In this document: piece after piece, positions 1-6,995 of the stretch
Numbering within the stretch: the stretch's first letter is position 1
Layout of the letters: each line of letters begins with the position of its first letter
Assembly (NCBI GenBank): GCA_021735045.1
Contig: JAIPHU010000021.1
Location: 1 to 12,208, forward strand
DNA from: Candidatus Omnitrophota bacterium
GTDB lineage: Bacteria > Omnitrophota > Gorgyraeia > Duberdicusellales > 4484-171
Length of the DNA: 12,208 nt
Reading direction: 5' to 3'
Position numbers and translations under genes: made by a program
Notes under the pieces: model-generated
What the model saw: only the letters and a program-made list of their open reading frames with translations
Database searches by the model: none
What the model was told of the DNA's origin: nothing

Positions 1-53
1 TCATATTAACTCCATATTTTTTTGTTAATCTATACCTGTAACTTGAGGTAAAG

Positions 54-419
54 ATGTGGTCAAATTTGATAATAATATTTACAATTTTACTTTTTGTTTT
101 AGGGATTATTTATTTTAATCTTTCAAAGTCTTTTAGTTACCAGGTTTATGACAAAATCAAAGAAAATAAAAATAGAGTAAAAGACTATCAGGGGGAAAAA
201 GATATGAAGTTATATAAAAGATCTAATCACGTAGTTTCTCAGATGCCTGAATTGCATAAAGATTTTGTCGTAAGCAGTTTGTATAGCCAACTTTCAGTTT
301 TAAATCAGTTGTTAGATAATTTTGAAAATTCAAAAATTACTGAGTCTGATTATGCAGTTGAATCTTTACGAAGGGTTGAATTTGGGTTGCGTAAAATAAG
401 AGGATTTATCGATAATTAA
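54..419 (+). CDS. hypothetical small membrane-anchored protein (single N-terminal TM helix)
   Basis: ATG at 54 is preceded by GAGG (45-48) with a 5-nt spacer. The N-terminal hydrophobic stretch is WSNLIIIFTILLFVLGIIYF, followed by a polar, helical-looking remainder. No family motif recognised. Confidence 0.5.
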   Translation: MWSNLIIIFTILLFVLGIIYFNLSKSFSYQVYDKIKENKNRVKDYQGEKDMKLYKRSNHVVSQMPELHKDFVVSSLYSQLSVLNQLLDNFENSKITESDYAVESLRRVEFGLRKIRGFIDN

Positions 420-607
420 ATTTAATTTATTTTTTAAATGTTTCTAGGTCCTGAAATTTTTAAAAAGGAGGTGATGAAAAAAATAAATAATAGTTTTTCA
501 GAAGCTAGAGGCAGGAAAATAATAAACCAAAAAATGAAAAAAACTTTTCTTAAGAGTAGAAAAAAAAATTTATCTCATAAAAAATCTCAAAAAGGAGGAG
601 TGTGTAA

Positions 608-1864
608 ATGAAAAAATTTCCAAAATTTATGCTTGCTTTGGCTTTTGCTTTAAGTTTTTTCTTTGCAACTAACTTGGTATTTGCCGGAGAAATTGATGTG
701 TTGGTTGAAAAATTAGTTGAAAAAGGTATTTTGACCAAAGCAGAGGCTACTCAAGTTGTGACTGAAGCTAAAGACGAAGCACGAAAAGAAGCTATGAAGG
801 GAACTTATGCAGCCTTACCTTCATGGATTCAAAATCTCAAACTTAAAGGTGACCTAAGATTACGTTATCAATGGGAAGATAAAACCGGTGCTGATGACCG
901 CCATCGTGGCAGGTATCGTTTTAGGCTGGGCCTAGAATCAAAAGTAAATGATAAGCTTACTGTTGCAGCCGGCCTTGCTACAGGTGGTAGTGATGGCCGT
1001 TCTACAAATCAGACTATGGATGATAGTTTTTCGACTCCTGATATTCGCCTGGATTATGCTTATGCCCAATGGCAGGCAACTCCCTGGATGACACTTCGCG
1101 GTGGAAAGGTGAAAAGCATTAAAAAAGAAATCTTTCGTCCTTCTGATTTAATGTGGGATTCAGATCTTCATCCGGAAGGTTTAACTATAGCTTTAACTAA
1201 AGATGTTAATGGGACAGATTTTTTCATGAACAATGGTTTCTGGGTGTTAGGCGAATCAAAAACTGATGTTTCGGATCCAGTGATGTGGGTGGTTCAACCT
1301 GGATTTAGTACAAAGCTTGCTGATGGAGTAAAACTATCTGCAGCGGTTGCTGGTTATTTCTTTGATAACGTCAAAGGTTCAAGTTTAAATAATGGTGGAG
1401 ATGACAGTGGGAGTTATAATTCTCTAGATTCAGATGATCATCTTAAGTATGAATATAATGTTGTATCTCCAAGCATGAAACTTTCTGTCAAAAAACTTTT
1501 TGGCGTTGAAGCATTTAACAAGTTTACTCTTTTTGGAGATTATGTTTATAATCCTGATCCTTCTGATGAAGACAGTGGTTATCTAGTCGGTGCTAAGATG
1601 AAGTTTGGTGGCCCAATGAAGCTTTTTGGCAAAAAATGGACCTTGGGTTATTCTTGGCGGCATTTGGAAAAAGATGCTTGGTTGGATATTTTTCCTGATT
1701 CAGATGCCTACGGTGGCCACACAGATGTTGAAGGCCACGAAGTCAAGTTTAGTTATCCTTTAGGAAAACACACTAGTTTAGGCTTAGATTATTATCTTAT
1801 GAAAATAATTCAAGGCAGCGGAAGACGCCATGTGTTTCAAGTTGATTGGAAGATGAAATTTTAG
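608..1864 (+). CDS. outer-membrane beta-barrel porin, possibly phosphate-selective (OprO/OprP-like or 'putative porin' family) by context
   Basis: GGAGG (594-598) lies 9 nt upstream of the ATG. Signal peptide is MKKFPKFMLALAFALSFFFATNLVFA|GE, followed by a charged helical segment (VEKLVEKGILTKAEATQVVTEAKDEARKEA). Alternating beta-strand-like segments follow (LKLKGDLRLRYQWED, RYRFRLGLES), with Gly/Asp/Ser-rich loops. The C-terminus ends in ...FQVDWKMKF, an aromatic terminal residue typical of OMPs. Sits directly upstream of pstS. Confidence 0.65.
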   Translation: MKKFPKFMLALAFALSFFFATNLVFAGEIDVLVEKLVEKGILTKAEATQVVTEAKDEARKEAMKGTYAALPSWIQNLKLKGDLRLRYQWEDKTGADDRHRGRYRFRLGLESKVNDKLTVAAGLATGGSDGRSTNQTMDDSFSTPDIRLDYAYAQWQATPWMTLRGGKVKSIKKEIFRPSDLMWDSDLHPEGLTIALTKDVNGTDFFMNNGFWVLGESKTDVSDPVMWVVQPGFSTKLADGVKLSAAVAGYFFDNVKGSSLNNGGDDSGSYNSLDSDDHLKYEYNVVSPSMKLSVKKLFGVEAFNKFTLFGDYVYNPDPSDEDSGYLVGAKMKFGGPMKLFGKKWTLGYSWRHLEKDAWLDIFPDSDAYGGHTDVEGHEVKFSYPLGKHTSLGLDYYLMKIIQGSGRRHVFQVDWKMKF

Positions 1865-1868
1865 AAGA

Positions 1869-1901
1869 GATTACGGTGATTAAGAATGATTACAGTGATT
1901 A
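1869..1901 (+). repeat. four phased GATTA direct repeats (two 14-mers, GATTACgGTGATTA / GATTACaGTGATTA) between the porin stop and the pstS SD
   Basis: GATTA starts at 1869, 1878, 1888 and 1897, giving spacings of 9, 10 and 9 nt. The 14-mers 1869-1882 and 1888-1901 match at 13/14 positions. No complementary partner exists, so this is not a hairpin. Confidence 0.6.
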
Positions 1902-1917
1902 TATTAAAGGAGGAAAA

Positions 1918-2730
1918 ATGAAAAATATTGGAAAATTACTTTTAGCAATAACTTTAATAGCTGGACTGATGATTCCGGCATTTGCTGAAAGTATTACAAT
2001 CAAAGGTTCAACTACGGTTTATCCTATTGCTCAAGCAACAGCTGAAAAATTTATGGATATGTATCCGGAGGTAAGAATTTCTGTTCAAGGTGGGGGTTCT
2101 GGTTTTGGTATTGCCGCTATAATTGATGGAACAACTGATATTGGTGATGCATCAAGGCCGATTAAAGATAAAGAAATCAAAAAGGCACTAAATAAAGGTG
2201 CTGATCCTAAAGCTCATGTAGTTGCACTTGATGGTATTGCTGTTGTAGTGAATCCTTCCAATTCAGTTTCTGCTTTAACCAAGCAACAGATAAAGGATAT
2301 CTACACTGGAAAAATATCTAATTGGTCAGGAGCTGGCGGTTCTGGCGGACAAATTGTAGTGATTTCGCGGGATTCATCTAGTGGAACTTTTGAGACTTTT
2401 AATAAGTTAGCTTTAGATAAAGAAAAAGTTAGGCCGGATGCTTTACTTCAGGCATCAAATCAAGCTGTAGCTACTACTGTTGCCAAAACTCCTGGTGCTA
2501 TTGGTTATGTTGGACTTGGTTATTTAACTAGTAAGGTTAAGGGTGTTGATGTTAATGGAGTAGAACCAACCAAAGATACGGTTCGTTCAGGAGAGTATCC
2601 ATTGGCTCGTCCTTTGTTTATGTACACTAATGGACCAGCTAAAGGAGTAGTTAAAAAATACTTGGATTTTGTTACAAGTTCAGAAGGACAAAGATTAGCA
2701 GAAAAAGAAGGTTATGTCGGTTTGAAATAA
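1918..2730 (+). CDS. pstS: phosphate ABC transporter substrate-binding protein PstS
   Basis: The ATG at 1918 with AAAGGAGG (1906-1913) is preferred over the TTG-initiated track start at 1846. Signal peptide is MKNIGKLLLAITLIAGLMIPAFA|ES. PstS-type motifs are present: IKGSTTVYP, QGGGSGFG, SRDSSSGT, IGYVGLGY. pstCAB follow immediately. Confidence 0.9.
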   Translation: MKNIGKLLLAITLIAGLMIPAFAESITIKGSTTVYPIAQATAEKFMDMYPEVRISVQGGGSGFGIAAIIDGTTDIGDASRPIKDKEIKKALNKGADPKAHVVALDGIAVVVNPSNSVSALTKQQIKDIYTGKISNWSGAGGSGGQIVVISRDSSSGTFETFNKLALDKEKVRPDALLQASNQAVATTVAKTPGAIGYVGLGYLTSKVKGVDVNGVEPTKDTVRSGEYPLARPLFMYTNGPAKGVVKKYLDFVTSSEGQRLAEKEGYVGLK

Positions 2731-2746
2731 CCGTTACTCATTAAAA

Positions 2747-2818
2747 CCCTCCGTCATTTTTTGTAAAAAAATGACGAGACCTCGCCAAAAACTTTTAGTT
2801 TTTGGCGGGTCTGGAGGG
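2747..2818 (+). other. 72-nt fully nested three-helix RNA/DNA structure in the pstS-pstC intergenic region
   Basis: P1 pairs 2747-2752 (CCCTCC) with 2813-2818 (GGAGGG). P2 pairs 2753-2762 with 2766-2775 (10 bp, 3-nt loop). P3 pairs 2783-2792 with 2798-2807 (10 bp) and extends through 2777-2781 with 2808-2812 (5 bp, one bulged T2782). Only G2776 is unpaired at the junction. No U-tract follows directly. Confidence 0.6.
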
Positions 2819-2866
2819 GATTATTTGAATAATTTTTTTATAATAAAATAAATTTTAAAATTAATT

Positions 2867-3748
2867 ATGATTCAAAGAGAAAAAGTCTATAAATATATAT
2901 TTGCAGGCCTAGCTTTTACTTCTTTAATATTCTTAATAGGTATAACTATTGTTTTATTTAAAGAAGGCTTACCAATGTTTAAAGAAGTGGGGCTTTTTGA
3001 ATTTTTAGGGGGAAAATATTGGTACCCAACTTACGAGCCGCCAGATTTTGGGATTTTACCTTTAATTTTAGGTTCTTTTCTAGTTACTTTGGGAGCTTTA
3101 TTTATTTGTGTTCCCTTAGGGGTAGGTAGTGCTTTATATATTAATGAAATTGCTACTGGGCGTCAAAAAACAATACTAAAACCTTTAATCGAAATTTTAG
3201 CGGGAATTCCTTCTATCGTTTATGGGTTTTTTGGGATGGTGGTTGTAGCCCCTTTTCTGCAAGAACTATTAGGGTTACCGGTGGGCCAAACTGCTTTTAC
3301 CGGGAGCTTAATGCTGGGGATTATGGCAACTCCTACAGTTTGTAGTATTTCTGAAGATGCTTTAAGTTTTGTGCCCAAAAGTTTTCGTTACGCATCTTTT
3401 GCAACTGGAGCAAATCGTTGGCAAACGCTTACCAAGGTAATAATTCCTTCTGCTGGTTCCGGAATTTCTACAGCAATTATTTTAGGAATGAGCCGGGCTG
3501 TAGGTGAAACTATGACCGTACTTATGGTTACAGGAGGTGCCGCAGTTATTCCTCATTCAATATTTCAGCCGGTTAGAACTATGACTGCAACTATTGCTGC
3601 AGAAATGGGAGAAACCGTACTCGGTAGTAATCATTATCATGCACTTTTTGCAATTGGCCTGATTCTGTTTTTGATTACTCTTATATTTAATATAATTGCT
3701 GAGCTGATTAGCCGCCGTTTTAGAATAAAGTTAGGATTAGGAAGATGA
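2867..3748 (+). CDS. pstC: phosphate ABC transporter permease PstC
   Basis: Multi-pass membrane protein containing the ABC permease EAA-like loop (SRAVGETMTVLMVTGG). Sits between pstS and pstA, and its stop overlaps the pstA start (ATGA at 3745-3748). Confidence 0.9.
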   Translation: MIQREKVYKYIFAGLAFTSLIFLIGITIVLFKEGLPMFKEVGLFEFLGGKYWYPTYEPPDFGILPLILGSFLVTLGALFICVPLGVGSALYINEIATGRQKTILKPLIEILAGIPSIVYGFFGMVVVAPFLQELLGLPVGQTAFTGSLMLGIMATPTVCSISEDALSFVPKSFRYASFATGANRWQTLTKVIIPSAGSGISTAIILGMSRAVGETMTVLMVTGGAAVIPHSIFQPVRTMTATIAAEMGETVLGSNHYHALFAIGLILFLITLIFNIIAELISRRFRIKLGLGR

Positions 3749-4593
3749 GAAAAATAGTTAGTCAAAGAATAGGATTTTCTTTTTTGTTTTTACTTCTTTT
3801 GATTACGCTTTTATTTTTAGGAACAATTATTTATTTTATTGCTGCAAAAGGAGTTGGTGCAATTTCTTGGCAATTTTTAACTCAAAGCCCAAAAAATGCA
3901 ATGACTTCCGGCGGAGTTGCTCCGGCGATTGTGGGGACTTTTTATTTAGTTCTAGGTGCTATTGTTTTTTCTTTTCCGCTTGGCCTTGCTTCTGCAATCT
4001 ATTTATGTGAGTACAGCCCGAAAAGCTATATTATAAATATTATTCGAATTAGCATTAATAATTTAGCCGGAGTTCCTTCTGTGGTCTTTGGGTTATTTGG
4101 CTTGGCTGTATTTGTTAAGTTTTTTGGTTTTGGTGTATCAATTTTATCCGGAGCTTTAACTTTAGGGATTATGGTATTGCCTCAAATTATATCTGCTTCT
4201 CAAGAGGCACTTTTAGCTGTGCCTCAATCTTACCGAGAAGCCTCTTTTGCTTTAGGGGCAACCCCCTGGAAGACGATAAAAAAGGCAGTAATTCCACCGG
4301 CTTTGCCGGGAATTTTAACTGGAGTAATTTTGAGCGTAGGAAGAGTAGCTGGTGAAACAGCTCCGATAATTTTTACAGCAGCTACTCTTTATAAGCGCGG
4401 TTATCCCAATTCAATTTTTTCCGAGGTAATGGCACTGCCTTATCATATTTATGGATTGATGACCGAAGGCACGCATCCTGTGCAACAAAAAGAAATTGCT
4501 TATGGTTGTGCTTTTGTGCTTTTAATTTTAGTTTTATCAGTATCTTTTTTAGCAATAGTAATCCGGCAAAGACAAAGGAGAAAAAATGGCTGA
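3745..4593 (+). CDS. pstA: phosphate ABC transporter permease PstA
   Basis: Multi-pass membrane protein with a [14 protein letters not shown] permease loop. Overlaps pstB by 8 nt. Confidence 0.9.
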   Translation: MRKIVSQRIGFSFLFLLLLITLLFLGTIIYFIAAKGVGAISWQFLTQSPKNAMTSGGVAPAIVGTFYLVLGAIVFSFPLGLASAIYLCEYSPKSYIINIIRISINNLAGVPSVVFGLFGLAVFVKFFGFGVSILSGALTLGIMVLPQIISASQEALLAVPQSYREASFALGATPWKTIKKAVIPPALPGILTGVILSVGRVAGETAPIIFTAATLYKRGYPNSIFSEVMALPYHIYGLMTEGTHPVQQKEIAYGCAFVLLILVLSVSFLAIVIRQRQRRKNG

Positions 4594-5347
4594 GAACATA
4601 AGGATAGAAGTTAAAGATGTAAATTTTTATTATGGCAAAAAATCTGCTTTACAAAATGTTTCTATGGATATTAAAAAAAATAAAATAACTGCAATTATTG
4701 GCCCTTCTGGTTGTGGTAAGTCGACTTTAATTAGGTTGTTTAACCGGATGAATGAATTAATTCCAAATACTAGGTTAGAAGGCAGAATTAATTTAGATGG
4801 TAAAAATATATATAGTTCAAAAATTGATGTAGTAGAAGTAAGAAGGCGAATTGGCATGGTTTTTCAAAAACCAAATCCGTTTCCTAAATCAATATTTGAA
4901 AATGTAGCTTATGGTCTGAGGGTAAACGGAATAAAAGAGAGAAAATATATTGCAGCAAAAGTGGAAAAAAGTTTAAAAAATGCTGCTATTTGGGAAGAGG
5001 TAAAGGATAGGCTTTCGGATAATGCCCTAGGGCTTTCCGGTGGCCAGCAGCAAAGATTGTGTATTGCTAGGGCTTTAGCGGTTGAACCGGAAGTTTTATT
5101 GATGGATGAGCCTTGCTCTGCATTGGATCCAACATCAACACGTAAAATCGAAGAACTTATCCTAGATTTAAAGAAAAAATATACGATAGTAATTGTAACC
5201 CACAATATGCAACAAGCAGCTCGGATTGCAGATTATACTGCTTTTTTCATGCTTGGTGATTTGATAGAATATGACGTAACCGATAAAATTTTTACTAGGC
5301 CTTCGAAGAAAGTTACAGAAGATTATATCACCGGAAGGTTTGGGTAA
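4586..5347 (+). CDS. pstB: phosphate ABC transporter ATP-binding protein PstB
   Basis: AAAGGAG lies 5 nt upstream of the ATG. Walker A is GPSGCGKST, the ABC signature is LSGGQQQRL, Walker B is [11 protein letters not shown] and the H-loop is VTHNMQQA. The PstB-typical C-terminus EDYITGRFG is present. Confidence 0.95.
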   Translation: MAENIRIEVKDVNFYYGKKSALQNVSMDIKKNKITAIIGPSGCGKSTLIRLFNRMNELIPNTRLEGRINLDGKNIYSSKIDVVEVRRRIGMVFQKPNPFPKSIFENVAYGLRVNGIKERKYIAAKVEKSLKNAAIWEEVKDRLSDNALGLSGGQQQRLCIARALAVEPEVLLMDEPCSALDPTSTRKIEELILDLKKKYTIVIVTHNMQQAARIADYTAFFMLGDLIEYDVTDKIFTRPSKKVTEDYITGRFG

Positions 5348-5430
5348 GGCACTGCGCTAAAGGATTCGGCTTAGTGTCATTAAAAATAGAGGTATTCGTT
5401 GAATAATAACATTTTTAATGGGAGGAAACA

Positions 5431-6120
5431 ATGCAAAGGCACTTTGACCAAGAGTTAAAAACTTTAAAAGAAAAATTGCTTAAAATGGCAGCTTTAACTG
5501 AAGGAGCCATCCGGTTATCAATTGAAGCCTTAAAAAATAAGGATAAAGAATTAGCCAAAGGAGTGATTAAAGCTGATTCTGAAATTGATAAAATAGAGCT
5601 GGAAATAGAAGAAAAATCAATTGAACTCCTAGCTACTCGCCAGCCGGTAGCGATAGATCTACGTTTTTTAACTACGGGGATGAAAATAAATTCCGAATTA
5701 GAAAGAATTGCAGATTTAGCGGTAAATGTTTGTCAACGCGTTTTCCAAATCGCAGATCAACCTTTAGTGAAACCCTTGATTGATATTCCCAAGCTAGCTG
5801 ATTTAGCGCGTCAAATGGTTAAAGAAACTATTGATGCTTTTGTAAACAAGGATAAAGCTTTAGCCAAAAAAGTAATATTATCCGACAGCCAAGCCGATAA
5901 GTTAAGAAATGCAGTTTACTATGAGTTGGTGGATGATTATATAGTAAAAGATGGTAGTTGTGGCCCCAGAGCCGTTCCTTTAATCCTAATCTCTCGCCAT
6001 CTAGAACGAATTTGTGACCATGCAACTTATATTGCCGAAGATACAATTTATATGATTGATGCAAAAATAGTAAAACATCATCCGGAAAAACTAAAAAACA
6101 ACAAAGAAAATCAACAATAG
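5431..6120 (+). CDS. phoU: phosphate signalling/transport accessory protein PhoU
   Basis: GGGAGG lies 5 nt upstream of the ATG. The protein has two PhoU repeats with the conserved E..xD motifs (ELERIADLAVN and HLERICDHATYIAED). Directly follows pstB. Confidence 0.9.
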   Translation: MQRHFDQELKTLKEKLLKMAALTEGAIRLSIEALKNKDKELAKGVIKADSEIDKIELEIEEKSIELLATRQPVAIDLRFLTTGMKINSELERIADLAVNVCQRVFQIADQPLVKPLIDIPKLADLARQMVKETIDAFVNKDKALAKKVILSDSQADKLRNAVYYELVDDYIVKDGSCGPRAVPLILISRHLERICDHATYIAEDTIYMIDAKIVKHHPEKLKNNKENQQ

Positions 6121-6157
6121 GAATCTAAGGCAATATAGTTTTATATTTCTTTTTCTC

Positions 6158-6186
6158 TTCAATTTTCTCCTTCTCTGTAATATAAT
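6158..6186 (+). promoter_or_regulatory. possible sigma70-like promoter for the methionine synthase genes
   Basis: TTCAAT (6158-6163), a 17-nt spacer, then TATAAT (6181-6186). This would start transcription a few nt before the first repeat unit at 6199. The -35 is weak and the background is AT-rich, so this is tentative. Confidence 0.3.
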
Positions 6187-6198
6187 AGAGTATCTCTT

Positions 6199-6314
6199 TA
6201 TTGCTAATGCAACATTTTTGTTTGAACCTGTTTTGTTGCATAAGGTTTTTAGTTTATATTGCTAATGCAACATTTTTGTTTGAACCTGTTTTGTTGCATA
6301 AGGTTTTTAGTTTA
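6199..6314 (+). repeat. perfect tandem duplication (2 x 58 bp) in the 5' leader of the methionine synthase genes, each unit carrying a hairpin element
   Basis: 6199-6256 is identical to 6257-6314 (TATTGCTAATGCAACATTTTTGTTTGAACCTGTTTTGTTGCATAAGGTTTTTAGTTTA). Each unit has an 8-bp stem, ATGCAACA/TGTTGCAT (for example 6207-6214 with 6234-6241), around a 19-nt loop, followed by AAGG. Unit 2 ends at the ATG of the downstream CDS, and the equivalent triplet in unit 1 is ATA. Confidence 0.9.
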
Positions 6315-6928
6315 TGGATTTAGAATTTTTTGAATCAATTAATTTATCGCCGCCAAAAGATAAGATCTATCTAAGATTAAAGTATTCTAAGGATAAAACT
6401 AAACTATCTCAGGCGGAATTAGCTAAATTTGAATCTTATATAGATTTTGCTCTAGATAAGATTAATCTACAAGGATCAGCTGCAATAATCTCTATAAAGG
6501 AAAAAACTGATTCAGAAATTATTTTAGAAGGTGATATTGTTATAAAAAGTAACTCTATTAAAAAATTCCTCATTGATTGTAAAAGTGTTCTTTTTATGGG
6601 AGCAACTACTGGTTCTGATATAATGAAAGTAATATCTTCTGGATCTGGGAAAAAAGAATTAGAAAAATCAGTGGTTGCCGATGCTGTAGCTAGTGAAGTA
6701 GTTGATGCTGCCCTAGGCTGGATTGCTGATTATAAAGCAAGAATTTTGCGCAGAGAAAATAGGTTTATAACTCAGCAGAGATTCTCAGCTGGATACGGAG
6801 ACTTTGATTTGAGTTATCAAAAAGTAATATATAATGTTTTAAATTTAGCTAAACTTGGGGTACAATTAAAAGAAAGCTATATATTAAAACCAGAGAAAAC
6901 AGTAACTGCCCTCTGCGGCATAAAATAA
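6314..6928 (+). CDS. stand-alone methionine synthase activation (reactivation/AdoMet-binding) domain protein
   Basis: The 204-aa protein contains RFSAGYGD, which matches the RxxxGY AdoMet-binding motif of the MetH activation module. Its size and its position directly upstream of an activation-domain-less MetH match split MetH systems as I recall them from Thermotoga and Clostridia. Confidence 0.7.
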   Translation: MDLEFFESINLSPPKDKIYLRLKYSKDKTKLSQAELAKFESYIDFALDKINLQGSAAIISIKEKTDSEIILEGDIVIKSNSIKKFLIDCKSVLFMGATTGSDIMKVISSGSGKKELEKSVVADAVASEVVDAALGWIADYKARILRRENRFITQQRFSAGYGDFDLSYQKVIYNVLNLAKLGVQLKESYILKPEKTVTALCGIK

Positions 6929-6995
6929 CCATGAGGGAAACGTCCCCTTTTGAGCAAGAATCACACCGCGTAGGTGGGATAAGGGGCTTGGGAAT

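Noticed and set aside
1-14. Possible start of a divergent minus-strand gene (CAT at 2-4 is ATG on the minus strand, and CTCC at 10-13 is GGAG 5 nt upstream).
   Set aside because: Only one codon lies inside the window, so this cannot be supported from the sequence available.
414-435. AT-only palindrome AATTAAATTTAATT followed by a T-run, considered as a terminator for the first ORF.
   Set aside because: The stem would consist only of A-T pairs with essentially no loop and negligible stability. Such palindromes are expected by chance in this composition.
534-611. Resemblance of the internal peptide MKKTFLKSRKKNLSHKKSQKGG to ribosomal protein L34 (MKRTFQPS...H...).
   Set aside because: The similarity is limited to a few basic residues in an A-rich region. 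The peptide is much shorter than L34, and the context (porin/pst) is wrong. Most likely this is a compositional coincidence.
550-738. Minus-strand 62-aa ORF across the porin start, together with the other minus-strand ORFs in the track (4630-4857, 4909-5205, 5828-6064, 7358-7666, 7913-8146, 8207-8482, 9767-9952, 11350-11535).
   Set aside because: All lie antisense inside strongly supported plus-strand genes (pstB, phoU, metH and others). They have low-complexity, motif-less translations and no SD. These are typical shadow ORFs of AT-rich DNA.
1846-1917. N-terminal extension of PstS starting at 1846 (MEDEILEEITVIKNDYSDYIKGGK).
   Set aside because: It starts at a TTG that overlaps the porin's last codons and has no SD. 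The ATG at 1918 has AAAGGAGG upstream and yields a canonical signal peptide at the N-terminus.
2747-2818. Whether the 72-nt structured element is a tRNA or a small ribozyme such as a hammerhead.
   Set aside because: It has only three helices, no T-loop GTTC or D-loop features, and no 7-bp acceptor stem. The junction has essentially no unpaired conserved core, which a hammerhead or twister would need.
2825-2844. TTGAAT / TATAAT pair as an internal pstC promoter.
   Set aside because: The spacer between the hexamers is only 8 nt, which is incompatible with a sigma70-type promoter.
6207-6248. Classical H-type pseudoknot between loop GAACCT (6224-6229) and AGGTTT (6243-6248).
   Set aside because: Only 1 nt (A6242) links the 3' arm of the 8-bp stem to the downstream pairing segment. 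That is sterically too short to span the stem, so both helices cannot form fully at once. I kept it only as a possible alternative (competing) pairing. In the third copy the complementarity drops to about 3 bp.
6121-6313. Cobalamin, SAH or SAM riboswitch in the metH leader.
   Set aside because: I see no B12-box-like core and no long multi-helix architecture. The region is too short and too AT-rich for a cobalamin riboswitch, and I recognise no SAH or SAM-II consensus. A cmscan run is still needed to be sure.
6199-6314. Tandem 58-bp repeats as a CRISPR array.
   Set aside because: There are only two directly abutting identical units with no spacers. The third copy is 3 kb away in a gene spacer, and no cas genes are present.
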